A stretch of 64,000 bases of DNA from Lingula anatina (Eukaryota > Animalia > Brachiopoda), in assembly GCA_051362555.1 (NCBI GenBank), contig CM120644.1, forward strand, positions 3,604,954-3,668,953, given 5' to 3'. The notes beneath the pieces were generated by a model. It made no database searches. It saw nothing but the letters and a program-made list of their open reading frames with translations, and was not told the DNA's origin. Shown in pieces: positions 12,201 through 22,956 of the stretch. Made by a program: the position numbers and the translations under genes. Position 1 is the stretch's first letter, and every line of letters begins with the position of its first letter.

Positions 12201-12749
12201 ACATTTGGCCTTGGTGATGTGTGGCTTAGCCAGTCACCTCCAAAAAACTTCACCACAATTTTCAAACAAAGACAAACTGACCACTTTACCCAAATATGCA
12301 ATAGCAAACTTCAAGCCAACAGTAAATTATCTCTTTTCCGTATACTTAACCAAAAGTGTGAAAGGGCAACTTATGTTGATAAAATAACAAATTACGACAC
12401 CTTATCAACCCTTGCTAAACTACGTCTTAGTGACCATAAACTCCACATCGAAACTGGGCGGCACACCAGGCCAAAAACTGAAAGGTGCGACAGAATCTGT
12501 CGCCTGTGCACACAAGGGGTAATTGAGGATGAATACCATTTTATATTCCAATGCCCAATGTACAAAACAGACCGAGTCACCTTTTTCAGTAAAACCTCAT
12601 TCCTAAAAGCTGATTCAAGGCCACCAGACAGTCAATTATGCCATGTATTTAACAGTGCCAACAAAGATACTTTAGTGTCCCTCTCCAACTTTATAATCAA
12701 ATCATTTAAGAAAAGAAGTGAAGTGGTTGCTCTGCTTGGTAACTCTTAG
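9219..12749 (+). CDS. LINE ORF2p: APE endonuclease, reverse transcriptase, C-terminal Cys/His motif
   Basis: APE motifs SWNIHG, LVETW, QGDFNA, VDY, SDH; RT motifs NYRGISITS, FIDFSKAFD, GVKQGDTLSP, LLYADD, YLG; C-terminus HIETGR...CRLC...EDEYHFIFQC. Uninterrupted; first ATG at 9219. Confidence 0.96.
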   Translation: MKKVHSDSIKVGSWNIHGVGCKLEDAELVRKISSFDILALVETWSDNDSKIEIPGFVSYSSCRKKSKRAKRNSGGIVAFVRKSVTAGVTKLESKCEDILILKLSKFYFGFRRDVILVTVYISPPNSVINENADPYDKLKAELTTVSANCDIIIQGDFNARTKVNSDFITDDSTDLTLISGAHYLSDAYNPPPPRNSMDSQKSNAFGGKLLELCKDCNLRILNGRKLGDLLGKYTCYQPAGNSVVDYVICSATLYSTIPYFHVNDLSIFSDHALLELKLYCKTTYNKHTKSIQLIPKPTKFIWENNSHIKFVEALGNMESKQKVDYFMSQALSPEEALPLVNEIFTTAAERALKSRKYTSVHPRKNKKRATWYSNDLKSLRSHLKNLAKLRSKKPFDNSVNASYYQTFNRYKRGCKKAKKEYKKGLLQKLQSMENANPKCFWKAVKDLNMESTQTEFIEPSEFYEYFKSLCEETESSKHNFDKDFKLKIENKLRQSEMNSPDRTALDHDISADEIMSNIKKLKNGKSTGEDKVTNEMIKSGKDYLIDVIVKLFNIIYKSAKYPSIWNKAYIVPIHKSGDESNVNNYRGISITSCLGKLYNSVLLNRIQAHASQQGVPLPHQTGFKHGHGTSDNIFIFKSIITKFMKGKKKLYTCFIDFSKAFDSVWRNGLLFKLSTLGIRGLMYKNIKSMYENSQACVKTSSGISPAFNTTLGVKQGDTLSPFRFNIFIDDLLRSIDSESAASPDINGIPIQGLLYADDLILMSKTPNGLRQSLEIVENFCNKWRLTVNVTKTKVVIFNSKSKAHSEKFFLYGKPIQEVNKYMYLGLLLNRSGSFTETKNNLLQRATKAFFSLSKSLPLQSNVNTSLKEKLFDTLISPILTYCSEIWGYSVSTDNCPTEKLHLKFCKQILGLHQNVSNYGVYTELGRLPLYTKIQFASVKLWCKIIQMSDATLMKQAYIQEINSYKLLTPYVPPAVHTLRPACMSWSEGIRKILFTFGLGDVWLSQSPPKNFTTIFKQRQTDHFTQICNSKLQANSKLSLFRILNQKCERATYVDKITNYDTLSTLAKLRLSDHKLHIETGRHTRPKTERCDRICRLCTQGVIEDEYHFIFQCPMYKTDRVTFFSKTSFLKADSRPPDSQLCHVFNSANKDTLVSLSNFIIKSFKKRSEVVALLGNS

Positions 12750-15700
12750 CATATCCCTTAAAATGTCAGTGTATGGTCCCACTGTTGTGAGAAGTGACTC
12801 GGCAGTGGGACTGAACATGGCACAATATTTATATCTGTGTAACTTATTTACTTATATGTCTTATGTAATTGTCATTAATCGTAATTATCAATGTCATCAA
12901 ACAGCCATGTAAACAGCTATGTAACGGTGGTTTTAAGTTCTTTAAAAACATATTCTTTTTGTGTAACATGTTTATAGTATGTTTATGGTAAATTTATAAT
13001 CACACCAAGGTTTATCTCAATGCTTAGATAGAATATTTTATGAGTAATTTTACTAGTACTTATCTTCATTATATAAAGATGGTAATACACTAACTGTATT
13101 GTATCATCATTTGTATATCATATTGTACAAGGTCATGACAATCTATGTACCAGTACAGAAATAAATTGAAATAAATTGAATTGAATATATTATTTTCAGT
13201 TTATATAAAAGTTACCTAAGTCCCGCATAACGCTATCTAAAAAATTGGTCACTTTATGACCTTTTAAAGCACCGCTACAGATGTAGACACTCCAACCCAA
13301 TTAAGTTCGATGTGAGAAAACTTTCAACAAAAAGTGATAATGTGAGCCACATATATTAAGATAAATATCGGAATAAAATTATGACACGTTCCATTAATTT
13401 TCACTGGCTTATGTTATTGTACCCTCTAATAGGGAAAGCCGTCAGCAGTTATTTAAAGTAATGTGAAACATTCATAAAAACGTTATGCAAAACGTGAGCG
13501 GTTGGGATAAGTTAATTTACGCTCTCATTTTTCATATGAAAAAAAATGAATATTTATTACAAGAGTTCAGGATGGGAGGGGGGCATAAGGGCATAGCAAC
13601 TAAATTATGTTATGAAATAACGATTTGAAATTTAAAAAAAAAAGTCAAGTTGAACCTTTCTACTGATATACTTTATCATGGTTCGGTTAAGAAGATATAT
13701 ACCCCCCCCCCCCCCTGCCCACACTTATTTCAACCTGTAAGATTGGAAAGTCGGTAGGCTGGCTCGGGCAATAAAATCTTACTATCTCCACATCTGGTTT
13801 CTATCAAGCGCGTTCAGAGCTTCAGAGCTTAGGACAAACATATTGCTCCTCGGGCCAGGAAATCTGGAGAGGGGGAGTAGAGGAACATGTCTTCTCAATA
13901 TGGAAATCTATATATTTTTGGTAATTTCCTTTGTAACATTTACGAACACTGTAAAATACCCTTTCTCAAATTAATATAATGTTCACACATTTCTGTAAAT
14001 ATCCTGAACTGAAATACTAATTTTAAATGGCAGATAACCCGTAAATAACCCGTAGCCAGTTAGACTGCTGAGTGGTTTACTTATTATGATCAACATTATT
14101 GTTTATATTTTTTTTAATATCAAACAATTTTACTGTTTGCAGGTATACCTGTTTGGAACCTGTACTCTGCGCCATATAATAGCTATGGTGCAAAGTAGTG
14201 ATATTGTAAAATCCTGCAATAAAATTTTCTTTAAATATTAAACTTTATTAAATGGTTGAATACAACATTAGTAATAGAACAGTAATAGAATTCAGTATAT
14301 AATGATACTGAATTGTTGTTAAGACATATAGGAAGCAGGGTTACCATATATGCTCGGAATTTTGTCGGAGAGGGAAATTTCTCGAGTTTGTTCACTGTCC
14401 TGTGAAGCCATATTTTGTAGCCTGAGATGCCGTATCCTTTACTTCGTGACCTGACCTGTCAAAAGCACGTCTGGGCGCTCTTTTCATCTTTCAATTCTTC
14501 CACATTAATCAAGATACGGAGTATCAATTATAAAGTGCCCGGGGAGGGGGGGGGGAGGAAGAGGGAACATGAAGGGAATAAATAACTATAAGTAGTATCC
14601 TTGCGACACAAGGTTACTCTGCAATTTATATCTTTCCATTTATGCTGTGAAATAATAGCCAGGTAGTCCGTTGATCTCGCGAATCAACCAAATGACCGTT
14701 AGTTGAGTTGCTTAACTGCAAGTAATTAATCCCCTCCCCTCCCCCCGAAAGTCATACTGGCAGGTTTCCAAATGAAGACTATACCGCAGAAAAAGTTTGG
14801 GGCTCAAAAGAGAGTCAGCCAAGGACACGTTTGGGGAACACGTTAGAACACGTCATGATGGACATTAACAGGTGTAGGACCAGAACAGAGCCTCTGGTAA
14901 ACAGTTTAGAACCAAGGGACCGAACTTGATTTGAGGACCAGAAGAGAGGCTTTACATACGTTTCCTAAACGTGAATTCACGTATTTGTGATTTACGTTTT
15001 TATTTGTAATTTCTTAGCAATTAACAACATGGAACATGGAAGTTAAAGGTTATTTTTATTTTTATTTTCAAAGTAACGAAAGTCGTCACCCCTCTGCGCC
15101 AAGATAATATGACAATTTCTTTTCAAGTAAGCAACAACTTCACACAAAACAGGGTTATATATAGAGAGATCATGGTTTCCATTAGTTGAAATAAATGGTG
15201 AGCTAATGTCATTCATAATGAGCAATCGACAATTTAAGTAGAAAACATGAAGACCAAGACAGCGTTGAATCAATATACTGATGACACATTACAGCCAGAC
15301 ACATGTATTACAGTAAGAACTTTAAAGGACTATCAAGGGAACAAACAAATTAAAAAAAAAAAAAAAAAAAAAACTGTTGCGAGATGTCCATTTGTTTCAT
15401 TATAAGTCGAGATTGAACAATCCTCTGACAGCTACACGTTTCTCTGTTAATTTTATTTATGGTTATCATTGTTATGAATACTTTTTGATAAAGGAATAGA
15501 CCAGATACATGTACACGAAGGAGACATATCCCCTACATCTACATACAGCGTACTTGGTTTCACGCACTGGGTATTTATATTTGCAGGTGTCAACATAAAA
15601 AATCAGGAATAAACACTCTAATAAATCACCTTGTATTTAAAAGGGTGAAATGCCCTGTTGAACTGATTTCGATCCTTTGCAATAAATGCCCAATAACAAC

Positions 15701-17301
15701 CAGTTTTCATTCCTAAAAAAAACGTACTAGGAAAACTTCCAAATGAAATGTACTGACATCGCATGTCGTGGGCCTTTTGCCCGATCCCAGGTAAAAAAAT
15801 TAAAGTCAGTTCTTTTTTTCACAATTAATAATAAGTTGAAATATGTCATACAAAACATACAAGTCTGACATACAATAATACTAATAAATAACAAATCCCG
15901 ATTTATTTTGATACATAAAACTTATCTCTTTGCTGTTAACACGATCATTCTTACTTCCACCACAATTTTGAAAAATAATTACCCAGCAGGAAATCTTAAT
16001 GTATCTCATACTGTTTTTACTTAACTTCACATGCCAATCGTAGGACTGTAGATTCATAATTTGAGCAAAACTTTGATCCATGATCTAAAAAGAGTCAGTA
16101 ATGGTAGGTCCAGGGGGCTGGTAGTCTCAGTAGAAGTGTGGGGGTGGGGGGCACAGCAGGTACTAGTACTGTAAGTGAGACCCCTGGGGTTTGCATCCCC
16201 CCTCCAACAAAAATAATACAGCATACTAAATGAGGCAAAATCAGTCAACTCGTCCATCCTTGAACTTCAACATACAGGTTTGTGAATTGCAGTTTTTTTC
16301 AATAAAAATGTCCCACATCTACTAGGACTGTTGTATCAAGTTACTTGTAGGGAAGGGGATTTTTTTATCCTTTGTGCCCCCCCTCCCCCCCCCCCCCCCC
16401 CCCCCCCCCCGGTCCCTACCCCTTTTAGTAAAATCCTGGATCTACCACTGTTGTAATCAACAATTTCATGATCATATATTCATTATTATACATTCATCGC
16501 AAGCCTGGAATTGTTTGCTAGAAAAAAAAATGCAGCTCTTTTTACAAATACAGGAAAAGGGCGAGATATGTTGATGTGTCACACTGTGCTCTACACGGTG
16601 ATGAATGAAAACCAGTGCAATAAGTGAGATACTTCACAGTCCATAATTATGTTGTGAGTCTTTAAAAGCATGTACTTCATCTGAGATTATTTTGAAACAA
16701 AGGAAGACTTTTACCCATGGGCTAGATGGGCGCTTCCTCCAACAAATAATCTTTTCAAAAACTCCCAACCAGTTCAAAATTTCACCATTCAAAATGTATG
16801 AGCAACAAATCTATCTGAAATCGATGTAGCTGCTTTGGTAATATTTTATGGTAACTGTATAAAAATTGCCATCCTTAAAACCAGCATACAGGCCATTCCA
16901 GTACATGGCAATTTCTCACTCCTTTTTAACCTAGTGCCTGTACACAAAATTCCTTGTACACAGATATCTATACACAAAGAAAGAGATAAATATACAAAAT
17001 ACCTATATAATATCACAGCATGAACTCATGCATTGAGCAAATCTTGAACAATTAATATGTTACAAATGAAAAATAATATTTTGATTTTGGTCTGAGCTGT
17101 TACAAAAAGGGGTTTTCAACACCATCACAAAGAAGCTAGTTCTAATACTCCCAGGATATGAGCTTCCAGGATAAGTGACATTTAAAGCTGGATTCATAAG
17201 TGAGTTCCAGTTGAATACTGACTCAAAGTCACTTGAGCTTGTGGTAATAATGGGTGACTTTGACCTTCCATATGACATTTGACCTAGATGACCTTTGACC
17301 T

Positions 17302-20300
17302 TCAAGCGTTCTGTTTCTCTGGGGATTGCTGTCCTTTGTCTCTGCCATTGGAACTGTTGAGTTTTATCTGCTCCTTATTCACCAGGTTAAAAGGGTTGTG
17401 TGGTGGAACTGTGGTCACCATCTTGGACAACTGACTGTCTCTCTTAAATTCTGAGAAATTCTGAGGAATGGGGATATACCTGGAAAACACATACAGGAAT
17501 GAAATATTTGTCTTTTAAAGCATGGTACATGTAGGTGTCTTCTTATAAAGAATGTTACATTTGCTCTATAGCAAGCTAAATACTTTGTCTGTAATTAATT
17601 TTGATAGTTGTTGTAACATTACATAAGGATGTCGAAATGCTTTGACACATGCTCACATACATGCAAGAATGTGCAGTGCAACAGTCCACTCATACACAAA
17701 CCCACAAACACAATCTTTCTCTCTTCAACAAAGACAAACTTTCTTTCTCTTGCGCACACACACATGCATTCTCTCTTTCCTTCACACTCATGCATACACC
17801 CCCCCCACACACACACATGTATTCTCTCTTTCTTTCACACTTATGCATACACATCCCTCACACACACACATGTATTCTCTCTTTCTTTCACACTTATGCA
17901 TACACATCCCTCACACACACACATGCATTCTCTCTTTCTTTCACACTTATGCATACACATCCCACACACACACACACACACACACACATGCATGCACATA
18001 CCCCCCCACCACCCCCCACACACACACATGCATTCTCTCTTTCTTTCACACTCATGCATACACCCCCCCACACACACACACATGTATTCTCTCTTTCTTT
18101 CACACTCATGCATACACCCCCACACACACACACATGCATTCTCTCTTTCTTTCACACTCATGCATACACCCCCCCACACACACACACATGTATTCTCTCT
18201 TTCTTTCACACTCATGCATACACCCCCACACACACACACATGCATTCTCTCTTTCTTTCACACTCATGCATACACCCCCCCACACACACACACATGTATT
18301 CTCTCTTTCTTTCACACTCATGCATACACCCCCACACACACACACATGTATTCTCTCTTTCTTTCACACTCATGCATACACATCCCTCACACACACACAC
18401 ACACACACACTGCCCTCACCTGTGTACTCTCCTAGTTGTCTGTTGCTCTGGAGGCAGCTGTCCACTATGTGCTGGCTCACGAATTCTCTCGTATAGTGTA
18501 CAACCATCATACTTGGGGATGTTTGGCCGGCTGAAAATTAAATGGCATTCATTGATTTTAGACAAATTAGCTGTTAATATAAAAAATGCCTTTTTTAAAA
18601 CCTTGTTTTTTGGCTTAGGTAAATAAACATATTAAAGACAGTATATATGAAAAATTAAAACTGGTAAAATAGGAAGATAACTTTAAAAACTGTTTTAAAT
18701 ATCTTTTTAAAACTGGCACATATTTTCCCAAGTAACATAAGCAAAATCATGAATTTGCAAATGCAAAGGATGCTTTCTCTGCAGCTGCTTCAGGAGAACT
18801 CACTGTGCAGTCTCCGAGACCCAAGGTTGGGGATTCCTCTTCACTGTCATGGGCTGGAAGGGCACCTGTCTATTATCGATTTCATCCAGGTTTTCTCCAC
18901 CTATGCAGCCACTATAAACAGAGGATATCATGTTACTAGTTGACATTTGAAAAATGAAAAGTATACCAGAAATGTCCTAATAATTGGTTGTGTGTCTGCA
19001 CACATGCCAAAACTTGAGAATTTTAAAATAAAATATTGATATTTTAATTAGGAAATAATTAATTCATAAACATAATATATGAAATTAATAAAATAATTAA
19101 GGAATAATTTTTTCTAAAAATAGAAGAATATAATGTCACTTTACAATAATTTTATAGCCTTTTTCCATATATTCTAAAATATATATTATAAAACTTTAAA
19201 AACATTCAGTTTATTCTTAATAAATAACAGAAAACAACATCTTTAATTTAGACATAAATAAGGGCCACTTACCCATAAAGGGGTATCTGTTGTTGTCTGG
19301 GGCAAGGACTGCAGCTGTAGGGAAAATAATCAAAACAACAATAAATCAATTGAAAAAAAAACCTCTTAATTTCATATTGTTTTGACCTTACAAATAGTGT
19401 TGACAATCTGTAGTAATCATAAACAATATTTAATATGATTAAAATCATTAAGAAGTAATGGAAGTAGTATTCATTCAGTTAACTACCAGTATATCAATTA
19501 TCCTGACAGAACTACAAAAATATTTTAACACAAAACAGTTCTTCAAAACCAAATCCTCAGGGGCGATCCAGGATTATTAGAGTTGGGGGGGGGGGGAGAA
19601 ATCAGTGGATCTTAAGCCGACCCTCCAAACCCCCACCCCTCTTGGCGTGGAGATCGGGGGTCCACTGAAGAGCCTGAAAATTTTGGTATTTCAGAGGGTG
19701 AATGGTGCCATTTGGCATACATGTAGTTTAGAACTATGATTCAGCTAGTCAAAATTCTAATTTCTAGAGGGACCATTGGATTTTCAGAAATGGAAGGGGG
19801 TCAAGACCCCCCTGACACCCCCCAAAAAAAATCCACCACTGATGATTCTCATACTTTCTACTGCCATATTGCTCTGTTTTACTTACAACACTACTCCATT
19901 AGGCCCATGGTACCACTGGGACTTCCTGGTCTGGAACCAGTCCCAGGAACGACCAACAGCCTAAAATAGATTATAATAGTATTAACAACTGTCCTCTTAA
20001 TAACAGTATACTTGTATAGCAATTGCCCTCTTAATACAATATACATTTACTAATATACTAATTGTCTTCTCAGCACAATATAAATATATGATATGATTTT
20101 CTCTTCATACAACAATGTGGAATTTTATTGTTCAAATATGATACATAAGATATATTGGACTCACATTGAATATTTTTGTGTGTGTGCACAAATGTATGTG
20201 TGTGCACAGATGTGCATGTGTGCAAGCACATGTATGAAAATACAAGTGCGAATGCATGTGCTAAAGGCAATTCCTGTCACTATAGACATACCTGCCACTC

Positions 20301-22564
20301 CTCGGCTGCGGGGTCGTATCTTTTTATCGTCCATTTCTGTGAGATCATGTCTGGGCGCTCTTCATGTGTTTTCGTGGCAGCGTTCTGTTTTGGGGGAAGT
20401 ATTGTGTCCCAAGGTACATCACCGTAACCTCTGTAATATGAAACATGGCAATTAATTGTGCTGTTATCTTATCTACTATTGTATTTCCAACTAGACAAGC
20501 AAGAATTATTAAAAAGGATTGGTATTAAGGGTGGAGATGAGAGGTATTGGGGTATTGCCTAAATTAACCCTTTTCTAAACAAGAATTTTAAATGCACAAA
20601 GTAAAAAAAAATCCAAAGAATTTTATTTTCAATTCCACGTTTTTATTCCAGTGATTCAGATGATCTGTCTTGTGTCATTGAGTAGACTATACTAGAAGAA
20701 AAAAGTATGAGAAAAAGAAGGAAATATCTTACCTTTCTGTTGATGACGTGAACATATACTTTAAAGCTAATTTATCTCGCAGATTTTTCTCTGGACGAAA
20801 ACAAGAGTAATTCATCCATTGACTCTGAAAAAAATAAATAGATTACAAGTTATGTTTGTGTCAAAATCAATCACTAATAAAACAAAGTTATAATGAGAAT
20901 TATTGATTCTTGTAAAGTTTTTTGCTTTTTCAAATCTCTTTTACTAAAAATTTGGATATAACTATGTTTTGCCTTTCTGTGCAAGACATAGCTGTTCGAA
21001 GTGATTATTTTGAACTAATAAATAAATAAATAAATAAATAAATTGATAAATTTAAAATGAAATATCAAATATGAGAAAAGAATAAAAGTTCCCTTACAAT
21101 TGTTCCTTCTACTTTGCCATCAGCATTTTCTCTTGTGTCTCTATTACTTGTCCAGCCTAGAGAATAAAAAATCAATTTTAAAAAATAATTCTGAAAGTGT
21201 TTCTTCCATAATACCCTTCTTAATAAACATATCTGTTTTCAGGTGTATGCAGTAATTATACAGCACAGTAGTTATACAAATTAAAATTCCATACAAAAAT
21301 CACGACAAAAGTTACCACACCACTAATCAAAACCATGCCCTGACCCCCAGATGTCTGGCTTCACTAACTGAACTCTACTTCACATAACAAGAAACAAACT
21401 GTATTGTCATAGAACAATTCTTCACGCAACTCCTGTTGCCTGTGCACAAACTGAAAGCTGCCAACTGAAGTCTCTATGGCTAATGTAAACATGACCAATC
21501 AATGGAGTGTTTTGTTCTGTTGTATTGTTCCAAACAGCTCAATATCTAATGCACTGCAGTAAAGCACAGCAGGAAAGTGAAATGTTTGATTCAATCATGG
21601 GACCCATTTCTAAGAGCTGTCCAACATTATCAATAATTAATGACAATGACAGACACTGACAAAATCATGACTAAAAATTGTGATAGTAAGAGGCATCTTA
21701 ATTCATTTGCTAGTAACTACTCAGTATATACAATACCTGTAGAATATTTGTAAGTATAATTATAATAAAAGTATTTCAATATGATAACAAACATTACTAT
21801 CATCTAGGTCCTACATTAAATAGAAAGAAATGTGGAAAACACCTGTCAAACAAAAAAATAATCAAACAGCTTCACACAAATATTATTTTCATATATAAAA
21901 AATTAATTTCATGTGTCCTGACTAAAATGGGAAGGATTGATTGGAATCTGACAATCATTTCAATACTGAATTAAGACTGGCTGTCATTTTCAAGAACAGA
22001 ATCTATGTTCAAGCCGCCGTACATACCTCCTAGGTGGGACTTAATGGAGTCATCTATCAGTTTCCTACTGTTCCACGCTGAAGGGGGGCCAGGATCACTC
22101 TGCGTCAGCCTCCTTGTTTCCAACGGGGCGGTGGGGCAGTTCGCACGGACAGAATTCACAAACTGAGGGACCATAGTCTGTGGTGTGAGTTCTAAGCCAC
22201 CGAGCTGTGGTATCTTATGTCTGCCCGTGGTCCTATCCACATCCCCTCCAACAGAAACAAACCCAGACACGGGATCGACGATGTTGTCAAAGAGGCGAAA
22301 GGGTGCTTCAGGTCTGTGGTCCCCTTCGTCGTTCCACTTCTTAAAACCAGAAGCGCCCATGTGGGGAAGCTCCTTAAATGAATCCACGTCATTCCTGCCG
22401 ACCACAGAGGGGAATTTAGTTTGTCTAATTTTTCTTCTCTCTTCAATTTGACGTACAGAGTTTGGTCCAGCGTTGGCATCGCTATACAAATATGTGTTGA
22501 AGTGTGGTCGCGTTCTGAATGTCGAGTCCGACAACACCGTCATAGGCGCGATAACCTGCGTCAT
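17302..22564 (-). CDS. SPATA48: SPATA48/SPMIP7 (C7orf72) homolog, 9 coding exons
   Basis: GT-AG exons at about 22564-22027, 21156-21098, 20824-20733, 20430-20292, 19960-19887, 19314-19273, 18911-18804, 18530-18420, 17479-17302 splice in frame. Motifs SGFVSVGGDVD, WNSRK..D.SIKSHLGGWTS, YMFTSST, DVPWDTILPPK, WDWFQTR, PNIPKYDG, LSKMVTTVPPHNPFN match my recollection of SPATA48. Confidence 0.85.
17755..18410. repeat. CA-rich minisatellite (~55-bp unit, ~12 copies) in the last SPATA48 intron
   Basis: Repeated CACACATG(C/T)ATTCTCTCTTTCTTTCACACTCATGCATACACCCC. Confidence 0.92.
19558..19841. mobile_element. Short MITE-like element (CAG(G/T)GG.GGATCCAGG type ends)
   Basis: CAGGGGCGATCCAGGA...AATCCACCACTG with internal poly-G/C; a related end is at ~16430-16450. 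Confidence 0.45.
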
Positions 22565-22956
22565 CTTCGAATTTCTTCTCTCAAAGTACTAAGAACAATG
22601 TCTTGGTCCTTTTGGCAGCAGTGTCCTCGAACCTCTGAAAGAGAATACCGTGTAATAACAGTCTAAAGCGAGTGTCTTCTTACAGCGCACCTGTTCGCCA
22701 TGCGTAAACTATAGGTGTTGCTAATGGCAATTGGGTCAAATGCCAAATATGGAAGTTGTCGTGACCTATTTTATCCGACGACTCTTTGAGTGTGTTTTTC
22801 AAATATACACATAAAATAAAATGTAGATAGTGCAGCAGATATCCTATGCAGTAGTATTTAAATACTTAAAATATTGAACCCTTTTATTGACTATGACATT
22901 TTTAACGGAAAAAGTTATTTATTACGGAAACTCCCGAAGTTATCATAACAAGCAAC
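22565..22956. promoter_or_regulatory. Putative bidirectional promoter of SPATA48 and DPY19L
   Basis: Divergent start codons under 400 bp apart; CAACATGGCGGC (YY1-like) at the DPY19L ATG. Confidence 0.6.

Larger units (their letters stand above)
6030..13186 (+). mobile_element. Near full-length two-ORF non-LTR retrotransposon (RTEX-like; clade assignment tentative)
   Basis: ORF1, ORF2 (APE-RT-Cys/His motif), 3'UTR ending in AATAAA-TTGAA/(ATTGA)n; 3' part nearly identical to 52738-55771. The 5' boundary is approximate. Confidence 0.93.
4502..14956. mobile_element. Non-autonomous TIR DNA element (146-bp TIRs, TGT...ACA ends, 6-bp TSD TACGTT) with a LINE nested inside
   Basis: 4502-4647 (TGTAAAGCCTCTCTTCTGGTCC...GGCTGACTCT) is a near-perfect reverse complement of 14811-14956; TACGTT at 4496-4501 and 14957-14962. 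Confidence 0.85.

Noticed and set aside
6834-12580. Antisense ORFs overlapping LINE ORF1 and ORF2
   Set aside because: Short shadow ORFs with no motifs, expected opposite long A-rich coding frames.
17619-18626. Long His/Thr/Cys-rich ORFs in several frames
   Set aside because: Products of the CA-rich intronic minisatellite; open in all frames, no domain.
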